DNA of 64,000 nucleotides from Dehalococcoidia bacterium (GTDB taxonomy: Bacteria > Chloroflexota > Dehalococcoidia > Lucifugimonadales > UBA3495): the NCBI GenBank assembly GCA_965261945.1, contig CBDHEF010000002.1, positions 591,327 through 655,326 of the forward strand. The letters run 5' to 3'. Both the position numbers and the translations under genes were made by a program. The notes under the pieces were generated by a model. The model searched no databases and had not been told where the DNA came from. It saw only the letters and a list, made by a program, of their open reading frames with translations. Shown one piece after another: positions 17,103 through 26,550 of the stretch. The number at the start of each line of letters is the position of its first letter. Within the stretch, counting starts at the first letter, position 1.

Positions 17103-18179
17103 ATGTCACTCAATGGAACAGGAACCGGGCGCCCAGTGCGAGTCGCCGTGGACACGATGGGCGGAGACTTCGCCCCCGTGGAAACGGTCAAGGGCGCTAT
17201 CCAAGCTCTGAGGTCGGTCAACGCTGAGTTGCTGCTGGTGGGAGACCCCGGCGCGGTTCAGGCCGAACTGGCGAAGTACGACGTGCCCGGGCTGCCTATT
17301 ACCGTCGTTCCATCTGAGGGCAAAATCGGCGACGACGAACATCCCCTACAGGCGATGCGCCAGAAGCCTCACGCATCTGTGGTAGTGGCGACGCATCTGG
17401 TAAAGGGAGGCCAGGCCGACGTAATGGTATCCATGGGATCCACCGGGGCGTCGATGGCCAGCGCCGTGCTTACGCTGGGGCTGATGGAAGGGTTGGAACG
17501 CCCCTGCCTGGGTGGGCCGTTCCTCGGGCTGGCGCCCAGCACCGTGCTGGTGGACATAGGGAGCAACCTCGACTGCCGGCCGGCGCTCCTGCTCAGCTTT
17601 GCCGTGCTGGGGGCCGCTTTCGCCCACACCTATATGGGCATCGAGAACCCCCGCATCGGCCTGCTCAGCGTCGGCGCAGAGGAGACCAAGGGCAACCGGC
17701 AGGTACAGGAGAGCTATCAACTGTTTCAGGACAGCCATCTGAACTTCGTTGGCAACGTCGAAGGGATGGACTTCTTCTCAGGCAAGGCTGACGTTATCAT
17801 CTGCGACGGTTTTGTGGGAAACATACTGGTTAAATTCACCGAGGGAATGGGCACCGCGCTGGCGAACTTTGTCCGGGAGCAGCTGTCTGAATCGGTGGAC
17901 GCAACGGTGGTGGAGCAACTGGCCGAGGACCTGTGGGAAACCACCAACCGACCGCGCACCGTGGGCGGCGGCCCGCTTTTCGGCGTCAATGCCCCGGTGA
18001 TTCTGGGCCACGGTTCCTGTCGGGCTAACGGAATCGAAGGCGCGGTGCGCACCGCCGTCCGCTATGTCAACGTCGGGTTGCTGGACATAATGCGCCAGGA
18101 ATTGGCCATCATGAATAATTCGGGCGCTGGCTACTCGGCAGGCGCCGAGGTGGGGAAGGCCGCCGATGCCGCAATTTAG
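17103..18179 (+). CDS. plsX: Phosphate acyltransferase PlsX
   Basis: VRVAVDTMGGDFAP...GFVGNILVKFTEG...GVNAPVILGHGSCRA are canonical PlsX motifs. Confidence 0.9.
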   Translation: MSLNGTGTGRPVRVAVDTMGGDFAPVETVKGAIQALRSVNAELLLVGDPGAVQAELAKYDVPGLPITVVPSEGKIGDDEHPLQAMRQKPHASVVVATHLVKGGQADVMVSMGSTGASMASAVLTLGLMEGLERPCLGGPFLGLAPSTVLVDIGSNLDCRPALLLSFAVLGAAFAHTYMGIENPRIGLLSVGAEETKGNRQVQESYQLFQDSHLNFVGNVEGMDFFSGKADVIICDGFVGNILVKFTEGMGTALANFVREQLSESVDATVVEQLAEDLWETTNRPRTVGGGPLFGVNAPVILGHGSCRANGIEGAVRTAVRYVNVGLLDIMRQELAIMNNSGAGYSAGAEVGKAADAAI

Positions 18180-18930
18180 CTCCGGTATCAGCCTTGAGGG
18201 TCAGGTGGCCCTGGTCACCGGTTCGTCCCGCGGCATCGGAGCCGCCATCGCCCGCCGGTTGGCCTTGGCCGGAGCCAAAATTGCGCTGAACTACAACGCC
18301 AGCCTTGCCGCCGCGACGGAAGTCATGGACTCCATCAATGCCGACGGCGGCGACGCCATGATTATTGCGGGCGACGTTGCCGACGAGTTTCAGGCCGGGC
18401 AGATCATAAAGGCGGTCATCACACGGTTCGGGCGCATAGACATCCTGATAAACAACGCCGGGATTCACCGCGACCGTCTGCTGCTGCGCATGACGCCCGC
18501 CGATTTCGACGAAGTTTTGCAGGTGAACCTGCGGGGCGCCTTCCTATGCACCAAGTATGTCATGCCCCACTTTATCCGCCAGCACTACGGGCGGGTGGTT
18601 AATATGTCCTCCGTGGTCGGGCTGACCGGCAATCCGGGACAGTCCAACTACGCAGCGGCCAAGGCGGGGTTGATTGGATTCACCAAAGCCGTCGCCCGCG
18701 AAGTCGCCTCCCGCAATGTTACCGTAAACGCCGTCGCCCCTGGATACATCGCCACCGGCATGGTGGGGGACTTGACCGAAGACCAGCGCAGCCAGATACT
18801 GGAGCGCATCCCGATGGGGCGGTTCGGCACCTCTGAGGACGTGGCGGAGACCATCCTGTTCCTCAGCAGCAAGGGCGCTGGCTACCTCACCGGGCAAGTG
18901 CTGACCGTGGACGGCGGCCTGATCGCATAA
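18166..18930 (+). CDS. fabG: 3-oxoacyl-[ACP] reductase FabG (SDR)
   Basis: VALVTGSSRGIG...NNAGI...S..G..GN.GQSNYAAAKAG...P.GRFG..EDVA. It overlaps plsX by 14 nt. Confidence 0.9.
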   Translation: MPQFSSGISLEGQVALVTGSSRGIGAAIARRLALAGAKIALNYNASLAAATEVMDSINADGGDAMIIAGDVADEFQAGQIIKAVITRFGRIDILINNAGIHRDRLLLRMTPADFDEVLQVNLRGAFLCTKYVMPHFIRQHYGRVVNMSSVVGLTGNPGQSNYAAAKAGLIGFTKAVAREVASRNVTVNAVAPGYIATGMVGDLTEDQRSQILERIPMGRFGTSEDVAETILFLSSKGAGYLTGQVLTVDGGLIA

Positions 18931-18976
18931 CACCGCTGGTCTTGATCCCGCAAATGGGCCAGTGTTGGAGGACGAA

Positions 18977-19861
18977 ATGCGCGCCACCACGAAATTCCGC
19001 CAACTCCTTGAGCAGCCGGGAATCATCATGGCCCCCGGGGCCTACGACTGCCTCACCGCCAAGCTGATTGAAGCCGCCGGGTTTCCTGCGGTCTACATGA
19101 CCGGCGCCGGTACCTCTGTCGCACGGCTGGGCTATCCCGACCTGGCCCTGGCCACCATGACGGAGATGCTGGACAACGCCTCGCAGATAGCATCCGTAGT
19201 CGACGTCCCGGTCATTGCCGACGCCGACACCGGCTATGGAGGCGTACTGAACGTGCGGCGCACGGTCCGCCAGTACGAGCGCAGCGGCGTCGCGGCTCTT
19301 CATCTTGAGGACCAGGACTTTCCCAAGCGCTGCGGCCACCTGGACGACAAACGGGTCATCCCGGTAGCAGATATGACCCAGAAGATTCACGCGGCGGTGG
19401 ACGCCCGCATCGACGACGATTTCACCATCATCGTTCGCACCGACGCCCTGGCGGTCACCGGCTGGGATGATTCCATGCGCCGCTGCGAGGAATACATCAA
19501 GGCCGGCGCCGACGTGCTGTTCGTCGAGGCGCTGCGGACGCCCGAAGAGGCGGAGCGCGCGGGCCGCGAGCTATCGGTTCCCTTGCTCTACAACTACGTC
19601 GAGACCGGCAAATCGCCCCTGCTCCCGGCCCAGGAGCTGGAACGAATGGGCTTCAAGATAGTCATATACCCGGCCAGCGGGCTGCTGTCGGCAATGTACG
19701 CCGTCCGGGAGACCCTTACAACCCTGAAGCGCCAAGGAACCACGGCCCACCTGCTGGAGAAAATGACCAGCCTGCAGGACTGCTTCGAGGCCGTCGGCCT
19801 GTCGGAGATGCTCGCCGACGATGCCCGCTTCGCCGCCGCCGAGCCGGTAGCAGCCGATTAG
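18977..19861 (+). CDS. Isocitrate lyase/PEP mutase superfamily enzyme (paralog 2; methylisocitrate lyase / carboxyvinyl-carboxyphosphonate phosphorylmutase-like)
   Basis: GGAGGA RBS precedes ATG 18977. APGAYDCLTAKL...VPVIADADTGYGG..NVRRTV..YERSGVAALHLEDQ.FPKRCGH. Confidence 0.85.
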   Translation: MRATTKFRQLLEQPGIIMAPGAYDCLTAKLIEAAGFPAVYMTGAGTSVARLGYPDLALATMTEMLDNASQIASVVDVPVIADADTGYGGVLNVRRTVRQYERSGVAALHLEDQDFPKRCGHLDDKRVIPVADMTQKIHAAVDARIDDDFTIIVRTDALAVTGWDDSMRRCEEYIKAGADVLFVEALRTPEEAERAGRELSVPLLYNYVETGKSPLLPAQELERMGFKIVIYPASGLLSAMYAVRETLTTLKRQGTTAHLLEKMTSLQDCFEAVGLSEMLADDARFAAAEPVAAD

Positions 19862-19891
19862 CCCGCCCTTGCCAAGCCCTACCGTTCGCTG

Positions 19892-21133
19892 ATGATGAAT
19901 CCATTTGGAAATCCCGACCGGCGTTTCCTGGCGCAGTTGCGGCAGGAGGTGGAGGCGTGGTTGCGGGACGGGACGATCACCGCCGAACAGGGGCAGACTA
20001 TTCTGGCCCGCTACCCGGCTGACTCGCCAGACAGCGCCACCGCCCGCAACCGTCAGGCCCTCGTTGTGGGGCTGTCCATCTTGGGGGCGGCGCTGGTCGG
20101 GATCGGAATCATCACGTTTTTCGCTGCCAACTGGGACGACCTGTCGCGCGGCGTGAAACTAGGGGCGCTGGTGGCCGGCGTGGCGCTGGCCTATGGCGCG
20201 GGCTACTTCCTATGGCAACGGGCGGGTTACTCCGGCGTCGGCGTAGCATTGGTTCTGCTGGGCTGCATCATCTTCGGAACCGGGGTTCATCTCATCGGCC
20301 AGGTCTACAACATCTCGGTGGACCATCCCAACCTGACCGCCTTCTGGTTCCTGGGCGTGCTGCCCCTGGCCTACGCCACCCGCTCGCGTCCGGTGACCTT
20401 TCTGGCCATCGTGCTGTTCCTGGTAGCCGCCGGATTCCGGCTGGCGCACTGGCTGGGACAGACTTCGGCAGAGGAAGAGATTCTTTTGGCCACCACCTAC
20501 CTGCCCCTGGGGCTGCTGCTCTACGCCATCGGGCGGGTCAAGGGCCGGTTCGAGGAGTGGCAGCCGATGGGCGGCCCGTTCCGCGCTATCGGGCTGGTTG
20601 TGGCCTTCGGTGCGCTCTACCTGCTAACTTTTCACGAGATCCACGACATCGGGAGCGGCATCAATGGCTTGGATTATCGCTACTGGAGCCTGACCTCCGG
20701 GGCGTCGGTCATCGCTGTGGCCCTGCTGTCCGGGGTGGAGTGGCTGCGCTTCCACCGGGACGGCCGGCCGGGGGTGGAATCCGCCGAGCTTGCGGCCATC
20801 GTGGCGCTGCTGGTGGCGTCTCACGTCGTGGCGCGGGTTCCCGTCGGCTGGGAACCGCTCTACCCCATCGTGTTCAATGCCCTGTTCGCGTTGTCGGCGC
20901 TGGGGCTGATGGTCTCCGGCTACCTGCAAGAGCGCGAGGGCCGGGTCAACCTGTCGCTGGGGCTGATTGCCCTGTTCATAATCACCCGCTACTTTGAGTA
21001 CTCGACAACCCTGTTCGACCGCTCGCTGGTGTTCGTCGGCGCCGGAGTGATACTGCTGGCCGGCGGGTTCCTGCTGGAGCGGGGCCGCCGCAGAATGCTG
21101 ACGGCCATGCGGGACAGGGATGGCGAACTATGA
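19892..21133 (+). CDS. DUF2157-like polytopic membrane protein
   Basis: A soluble N-terminal helix region (EVEAWLRDGTITAEQGQTILARY) is followed by about 10 predicted TM helices. It is translationally coupled (ATGA) to a GDYXXLXY protein, the usual partner as I recall. Confidence 0.65.
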   Translation: MMNPFGNPDRRFLAQLRQEVEAWLRDGTITAEQGQTILARYPADSPDSATARNRQALVVGLSILGAALVGIGIITFFAANWDDLSRGVKLGALVAGVALAYGAGYFLWQRAGYSGVGVALVLLGCIIFGTGVHLIGQVYNISVDHPNLTAFWFLGVLPLAYATRSRPVTFLAIVLFLVAAGFRLAHWLGQTSAEEEILLATTYLPLGLLLYAIGRVKGRFEEWQPMGGPFRAIGLVVAFGALYLLTFHEIHDIGSGINGLDYRYWSLTSGASVIAVALLSGVEWLRFHRDGRPGVESAELAAIVALLVASHVVARVPVGWEPLYPIVFNALFALSALGLMVSGYLQEREGRVNLSLGLIALFIITRYFEYSTTLFDRSLVFVGAGVILLAGGFLLERGRRRMLTAMRDRDGEL

Positions 21134-21651
21134 AACCGTGGGCCCGCATCGCCTTCTGGATAGTGGTCGCCGGACAGTTGGTCTTTCTGATAGGCTTCAT
21201 CGGAGTGAAAGAAACCGCCCTGCGCACCGGCGTCGAGGTAGTGCTGCAAACCGTCCCGGTGGACCCGCGCTCCCTGCTGCAAGGCGACTACGCCATTCTG
21301 GACTACGAAATCGCCAGTTTGCCCTCCTACTCGCGCGACGCGGAAATAGGAGAAACGGTCTATGTCGAGCTTTACAGATTGGCGACGCAAGACCCGGAAG
21401 TATGGTGGGCCAGAAACTATGAGCATGACCGACCTTCGGGCACGCGAGTGTTCATCAAGGGCCGCGTGGACCGCAGGGGCCATCTCGACTTTGGAATCGG
21501 CACTTACTTCATCCCGGAAGGAACCGGCCACATAATAGAAGGCGCAAGAGATGTGAAGGTGGTGGTCAACCTCGACTCCGATGGCAACGCCATCATCAAG
21601 CAAGCGCTGGTGGACGGTCAGCCCTTCGACCCGAACGCCGGGGCGGAGTGA
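21130..21651 (+). CDS. GDYXXLXY domain protein
   Basis: N-terminal TM helix and the literal motif QGDYAILDY (GDYxxLxY). Overlaps the upstream gene by 4 nt. Confidence 0.75.
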   Translation: MKPWARIAFWIVVAGQLVFLIGFIGVKETALRTGVEVVLQTVPVDPRSLLQGDYAILDYEIASLPSYSRDAEIGETVYVELYRLATQDPEVWWARNYEHDRPSGTRVFIKGRVDRRGHLDFGIGTYFIPEGTGHIIEGARDVKVVVNLDSDGNAIIKQALVDGQPFDPNAGAE

Positions 21652-21724
21652 GCTCCGACCTTGTCCCGTTTCTGCGGCTGCGGCATACTTGGCCCACAAT
21701 CCCACACCAACGCGGGAGGGCGTT

Positions 21725-22243
21725 ATGAGCAATGTCGTTCTGGTGGTGGATATGCTCAAGGGGTTCCTGGAGCCGGGACACAACCTTTACCACGCCGATT
21801 CGCGCCGCATAATTCCCCACGCCCAGCAATTGATTGCGCAGGAAAAGGCTGCGGGATCGGAGATTCTGTTCTTGTCCGACAACCACTACCCCGACGACCT
21901 GGAGTTTCAGGTGTTCCCGGTCCACTGCGTCATCGGAACCGAGGAAACCGAGGTAATCCCGGAGCTGTCCGAGTATGTCACCGGCGGGAACCTCATCCCC
22001 AAGAAGCGCTACAGCGGCTTCTTCAATACCGATTTGGCGGAACGTTTGACGCGGCTCGCACCGGAGAAGCTGCTGGTATGCGGCGTCGCCACCAACGTCT
22101 GCGTGATGCACACTGTCTCAGACGCCCGCAACCGGGACTACGCGGTCGAAGTTTACTCCGACTGCGTTTCCGGCCCCGACCCGGAGGCCCACCGCTGGGC
22201 GCTGTCCCACTGCCAACGGGTGCTGGGCGCGAAGGTAATCTAA
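21725..22243 (+). CDS. Isochorismatase-family cysteine hydrolase (nicotinamidase-like)
   Basis: GGGAGGG RBS. VVDMLKGF (Asp), IPKKRYSGF (Lys) and LLVCGVATNVCV (Cys) form the D-K-C triad pattern. Confidence 0.8.
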   Translation: MSNVVLVVDMLKGFLEPGHNLYHADSRRIIPHAQQLIAQEKAAGSEILFLSDNHYPDDLEFQVFPVHCVIGTEETEVIPELSEYVTGGNLIPKKRYSGFFNTDLAERLTRLAPEKLLVCGVATNVCVMHTVSDARNRDYAVEVYSDCVSGPDPEAHRWALSHCQRVLGAKVI

Positions 22244-22247
22244 TGTT

Positions 22248-22283
22248 CCCTCTCCCCCTGGGAGTAGGGTTAGTTCGAGGGCG
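22248..22283 (+). repeat. REP-like intergenic repeat
   Basis: CCCTCTCCCCCTGGGAGTAGGGTTAGTTCGAGGGCG. Confidence 0.6.
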
Positions 22284-22357
22284 CCCCGGTTGCCATTGCC
22301 AGCAGGGGCGGGTATTATCGCCTTGCCGCCAGGCTTCGGCCGCTGCGATGGGGAGAC

Positions 22358-24391
22358 GTGATGCTGTTTCGCACTTACCGATACTCCCGGTGGGACGGAT
22401 CCCAGAATATCTTCGACCTCGACGCCGACCAGTTGATGGATATGCTGTCGGACGATGTCCTCAACAACGGGGACATCATGCAGGCTCTGCGCGACCTGCT
22501 GCGCCAGGGGATGCAGAACGGCGACGGCCAGCAGATGCCCGGCCTGCGCCAGCTTATGGAGCAACTCAAGGACCGGCGCCGCCAGCAGATGCAGCAGCAC
22601 AACATGGACTCGGTGCTGGACGATCTCAAGGAGCGATTAGAGGACATAATCAACACTGAGCGGCAGGGCATTCAGAGCCGCCTCGACGAAGCCCAACAGC
22701 AGGTGGAGGACGCCCCCGAGGACGAGCGGGCCCAGCAGGAGGCCCTCTACAATCTCCTGGAGCAGCGGGCCAACCGCAACCTGGACCGTCTTGATAACCT
22801 CCCGGAAGGCGTGGGCAGCCAACTCAAAGACTTGATGGAGTACGACTTCATCGACCCGGAGGCTCAGCGGAAGTTCCAGGAACTGCTGGATATGCTCAAG
22901 AGCCAGATGGCGCAGAACATCTCCCAGCAGATGCAGCAGCAGATACAGAATATGTCCCCCGAGGACATGGCCGCCACCCGCGAGATGATGCGCGACCTCA
23001 ACCAGATGATGCGCGACAAGCTCCAGGGCCGCGAGCCGGACTTCGATGGCTTCATGGACAAGTGGGGGCAGATGTTCGGCCCCAACCCTCCGCAGAGCTT
23101 GGAAGATCTGATGGAGATGCTACAACAGCAGTTGGCGCAGATGCAGTCAATGTTGGAAAGTATGTCCCCGGAAGCCCGCCAGGAGATGGAGGACGCCCTC
23201 GCCCAGGCCCTTGACCCGGAAACCCAGCGCGAAATGGCGCAATTCGCCAACCTCATGGAACAGCTCATGCCCATGGAGGATATGCGCCGTCAGTATCCCT
23301 TCTTGGGTGACGACAGCCTGACCATGGAGCAGGCGATGCAGATGATGCGCGACCTCCAGCAGCTCGACCAGTTGGAGGCCGCGCTCCAGGAAGCCATCCG
23401 TACCGGCGACCTCAGCGACATCGACCCGGAGAAGCTGGCCGAACTGCTGGGCGAGGACGCCCGCCGCGTCTGGGACGAGCTGGATAACCTGCGCAAGCTG
23501 CTGGAGGATGCTGGCTACATCACCGGCGGGGACAAGACCGAATTGACCGCCCGCGGCATCCGGCGCATCGGACAGAAGGCCCTGAAGGAGGTCTTCGCTC
23601 ATCTGAAAAAGGACCGCATCGGCGGCCACCTTATGGACACCCGGGGTGTCAACGGCGACCTGCTGGGCGAGACCAAGACCTACGAATTCGGAGATCCCTT
23701 CCTGGTGGACTTGCAGGCTACGGTCAAGAACGCCGTGCTGCGGGGCGGGCCGCAGGTGCCAGTCCGTCTCAGCCCGCAGGACTTCGAGATTCACCGCACC
23801 GAGCACATGACCAAGTCCGCCACCATTGTCTTGCTGGACCAGAGCCGCTCCATGGGCCTGTTCAACAACTGGCAGGCCGCCAAGAAGGTGACCGTGGCTC
23901 TGATGGCCCTGATTCGCTCCCAGTTCCCGCGCGATACGCTCCATATCGTCGGCTTCTCCGACTACGCGCGGGAAATCAAGGAGGAAGATCTGGCGTCGTG
24001 CAGTTGGAACGCCTGGGTGTCCGGCACCAACCTGCATCATGCCCTGATGCTCTCCCGCAAACTGCTGTCCAGGGAAAAGGGCGGCACCCGGCAGATTCTG
24101 GTCATCACCGACGGCGAGCCGACGGCCCATCTGGAGGGCGACCGCTCGTACTTCAGCTATCCGCCCAGTTATCGCACGGAGATGGAAACCCTGCGGGAAG
24201 TGCGCCGTTGCACCCAGGAAGACATCCTGATAAACACATTCATGCTGGAGAACAACTACCAACTGGTCAACTTCGTAGACCGAATGACCCGCATCAACCG
24301 GGGCCGCGCCTTTTACACCAGCGCCTCCAACTTGAGCGAATTTGTGCTGGTGGACTACCTCAACAACCGGCGCAAGCGCGTGGCTGCCTGA
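22358..24391 (+). CDS. VWA-domain protein with a long Gln/Met/Glu-rich helical N-terminal region
   Basis: C-terminal VWA domain with MIDAS DQSRS (IVLLDQSRSM...ILVITDGEPTAH). The N-terminal 450 aa or so are low-complexity helices (QQMQQQIQNM, MMRDLNQMMRD). No MoxR-type ATPase is adjacent. Confidence 0.8.
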   Translation: MMLFRTYRYSRWDGSQNIFDLDADQLMDMLSDDVLNNGDIMQALRDLLRQGMQNGDGQQMPGLRQLMEQLKDRRRQQMQQHNMDSVLDDLKERLEDIINTERQGIQSRLDEAQQQVEDAPEDERAQQEALYNLLEQRANRNLDRLDNLPEGVGSQLKDLMEYDFIDPEAQRKFQELLDMLKSQMAQNISQQMQQQIQNMSPEDMAATREMMRDLNQMMRDKLQGREPDFDGFMDKWGQMFGPNPPQSLEDLMEMLQQQLAQMQSMLESMSPEARQEMEDALAQALDPETQREMAQFANLMEQLMPMEDMRRQYPFLGDDSLTMEQAMQMMRDLQQLDQLEAALQEAIRTGDLSDIDPEKLAELLGEDARRVWDELDNLRKLLEDAGYITGGDKTELTARGIRRIGQKALKEVFAHLKKDRIGGHLMDTRGVNGDLLGETKTYEFGDPFLVDLQATVKNAVLRGGPQVPVRLSPQDFEIHRTEHMTKSATIVLLDQSRSMGLFNNWQAAKKVTVALMALIRSQFPRDTLHIVGFSDYAREIKEEDLASCSWNAWVSGTNLHHALMLSRKLLSREKGGTRQILVITDGEPTAHLEGDRSYFSYPPSYRTEMETLREVRRCTQEDILINTFMLENNYQLVNFVDRMTRINRGRAFYTSASNLSEFVLVDYLNNRRKRVAA

Positions 24392-24519
24392 CATACAGGG
24401 AGTTTACGAAAACCAGGCAAGGCATAGTCTTTCAGTTGCTCCCTCTCCCCACGGAGGCCGCGATGAAGGTGATTTGCCGGCGCACCCCACGGACAAGGCT
24501 GCTTGAATGCCAGCTCCAT

Positions 24520-24550
24520 CCTCACCCTCCCCTCTGCGGGGGAGGGGAGC
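24520..24550 (-). repeat. REP-like intergenic repeat (reverse orientation)
   Basis: CCTCACCCTCCCCTCTGCGGGGGAGGGGAGC. A weaker partial copy CCCTCTCCCCACGGAGG lies at 24441-24457. Confidence 0.55.
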
Positions 24551-24670
24551 TTCTCTGGAAACTAAGAGAAGCCAAACAGTTGGAGTCCACATCTTCAAAT
24601 GACAAGGATTTTCTGATACACTGGTAAGACAATCAGATATTTCTAAACAGGCTGCGGTAACCCGCGGCCG

Positions 24671-24734
24671 GGCAGTCAGACTTTTAAGACAGTCCTGTGA
24701 GGCTGGCAAAGTAGGGCGTCCCGGATGCTTCCCC
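24671..24734 (+). promoter_or_regulatory. pyr leader with PyrR binding-loop box
   Basis: AGUCCUGUGAGGCU (24691-24704) matches the Bacillus PyrR-box consensus ARUCCAGAGAGGYU (from memory) at 12 of 14 positions. It lies 60 nt upstream of a strong terminator and 150 nt upstream of pyrR. Confidence 0.6.
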
Positions 24735-24764
24735 GGCGCATATATCGAGCCGGGGCCGTCCGTA

Positions 24765-24797
24765 CCCCCTTGCCCCTCGGGAGGCAAGGGGTTTTTT
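24765..24797 (+). terminator. Attenuator terminator of the pyr leader
   Basis: CCCCTTGCC (24766-24774) ... GGCAAGGGG (24783-24791) followed by TTTTTT (24792-24797). Confidence 0.75.
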
Positions 24798-24852
24798 GTT
24801 ATGTTGCTGAACCTTGTCTGGGGATCAAAATAAATCAAGCCGGGAGACGGTC

Positions 24853-25491
24853 ATGCCGGAAGGCATACCTGGGATGGTCGAAAGGCAAATAATGAACCAG
24901 GATGCTATGGGCCGTGCGCTGTCCCGCATCGCCCATGAAATCCTGGAACGCAACCGGGGCGTAAGCGATCTGCTGCTGGTGGGTATCCAGCGTCGCGGCG
25001 TTCCATTGGCCCGGCGGCTCTCCGCCCTTCTGTCCGACTTCGAGGGCTCAGCCGTCCCGGTGGGGTCTCTGGACATAAACCTGTACCGCGACGACCTTCG
25101 GGAACGCAAGAGGCCCAGGGTTCGGGTGCATCGAACCGACCTGCCGGTAAGCATCCAGGGGCAGCGCGTCGTGCTGGTGGACGATGTGCTGTACACAGGG
25201 CGCACCATCCGCGCCGCGCTCGACGCCCTGAATGACTACGGTAGACCGATCCAGGTGCAACTTGCGGTGATCATTGATCGCGGACACCGGGAGTTGCCCA
25301 TTCGCGCCGACTACGTGGGCCGCAACATACCCACCGCCCGGAACGAGATAGTCGCTGTGCGGCTGAATGAAATCGACGGTACGGATGAGGTCGTCTTGTT
25401 GCGTCCCGAAGGCTCCACCGGAGAAGATTCCGGCGCAGAATCCGAAACCGGCGGACAGTCCGCTGAGGCAGTTGTCGCCAGAGGCGATTAG
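24853..25491 (+). CDS. pyrR: Bifunctional pyrimidine operon regulator / uracil phosphoribosyltransferase PyrR
   Basis: [14 protein letters not shown]......[13 protein letters not shown] and the PRPP motif [18 protein letters not shown]. Confidence 0.9.
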   Translation: MPEGIPGMVERQIMNQDAMGRALSRIAHEILERNRGVSDLLLVGIQRRGVPLARRLSALLSDFEGSAVPVGSLDINLYRDDLRERKRPRVRVHRTDLPVSIQGQRVVLVDDVLYTGRTIRAALDALNDYGRPIQVQLAVIIDRGHRELPIRADYVGRNIPTARNEIVAVRLNEIDGTDEVVLLRPEGSTGEDSGAESETGGQSAEAVVARGD

Positions 25492-25527
25492 TCCCTTAAG
25501 GCCCGTCAGTCCAAGTTAGGAATCAGC

Positions 25528-26550
25528 TTGATGACGATACCGGAAGCTATAACCGAGCAGGCAGAAGAGCAGGCCGTCCTTACGGACAGCCTGCCGCCGC
25601 GTCGCCATGTTCTCGACCTGGACGACTACTCCGGGCAGGAACTGGCGGCTACGCTGGATTCGGCTCATGGCATGGCGGAAGTGCTGAGGCGGGACATAAA
25701 GAAGGTGCCTGCTCTCCGGGGTAAGGTCATCGTGACGCTGTTCTATGAAGCCAGCACCCGAACCCGCGTCTCCTTCGAAGAGGCGGGAAAGGTGCTGAGC
25801 GCCGACGTCATCAACATGAGCTCCTCCGGCAGCAGCTCCGACAAGGGCGAGTCCCTACTCAACACTGGGCTGACACTGCAAGCGATGGGCGTGGATACTC
25901 TGGTGGTGCGCCATCCCCACTCCGGCGCTCCCAACTTCCTGGCCCGCAACTTGGAGCGGGTCAGCGTGATCAATGCCGGAGATGGCCTGCACGCCCACCC
26001 GACCCAGGCGCTCCTGGACCTGTACACTGTCCAGTCCCGGCTGGGCGGCGTCGCCGGGCGCAAGGTCGTAATCGTTGGCGACGTGCTGCACAGCCGGGTG
26101 GCCCGTTCCGACATCTGGGGCTTTGCTCGCGCGGGCGCCCGCGTGGTGTTGTCCGGCCCTCCGACTCTGATGCCATTGGACTTTCTGAACCGGAACGAAC
26201 GGAGCGAGGACGGCGGGCTGGCCTCGCTGGTGGAAGTGGATACCAACCTCGACCGGGCCGTGGAGGATGCCGACGTTGTGATGGCCCTGCGCCTGCAATC
26301 GGAGCGGCAGCGCAGCGGCTTCCTTCCCGGCATCCGCGAGTACATCCGCCGCTGGCAGGTGAACGACGCCCGCCTCGCCCGCTCAAAACCAGAGGTGCTG
26401 GTGATGCACCCCGGCCCCATGAATGAGGGTATCGAAATCAGTTCCGGGCTGGCCCACGGCAGCCGCTCGGCCATCGAAGAGCAGGTAACAGCCGGCGTCG
26501 CCGTCCGCATGGCGGTGCTGTACCAATTGAACGCAGGGGCGCAGGAATGA
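25528..26550 (+). CDS. pyrB: Aspartate carbamoyltransferase catalytic subunit
   Basis: LFYEASTRTRVSFE, RHPHSGA, HPTQALLD, HPGPMNEG. Confidence 0.95.
   Translation: MMTIPEAITEQAEEQAVLTDSLPPRRHVLDLDDYSGQELAATLDSAHGMAEVLRRDIKKVPALRGKVIVTLFYEASTRTRVSFEEAGKVLSADVINMSSSGSSSDKGESLLNTGLTLQAMGVDTLVVRHPHSGAPNFLARNLERVSVINAGDGLHAHPTQALLDLYTVQSRLGGVAGRKVVIVGDVLHSRVARSDIWGFARAGARVVLSGPPTLMPLDFLNRNERSEDGGLASLVEVDTNLDRAVEDADVVMALRLQSERQRSGFLPGIREYIRRWQVNDARLARSKPEVLVMHPGPMNEGIEISSGLAHGSRSAIEEQVTAGVAVRMAVLYQLNAGAQE

Noticed and set aside
23147-24394. 415-aa minus-strand ORF
   Set aside because: Antisense shadow of the VWA-domain gene; no motifs.
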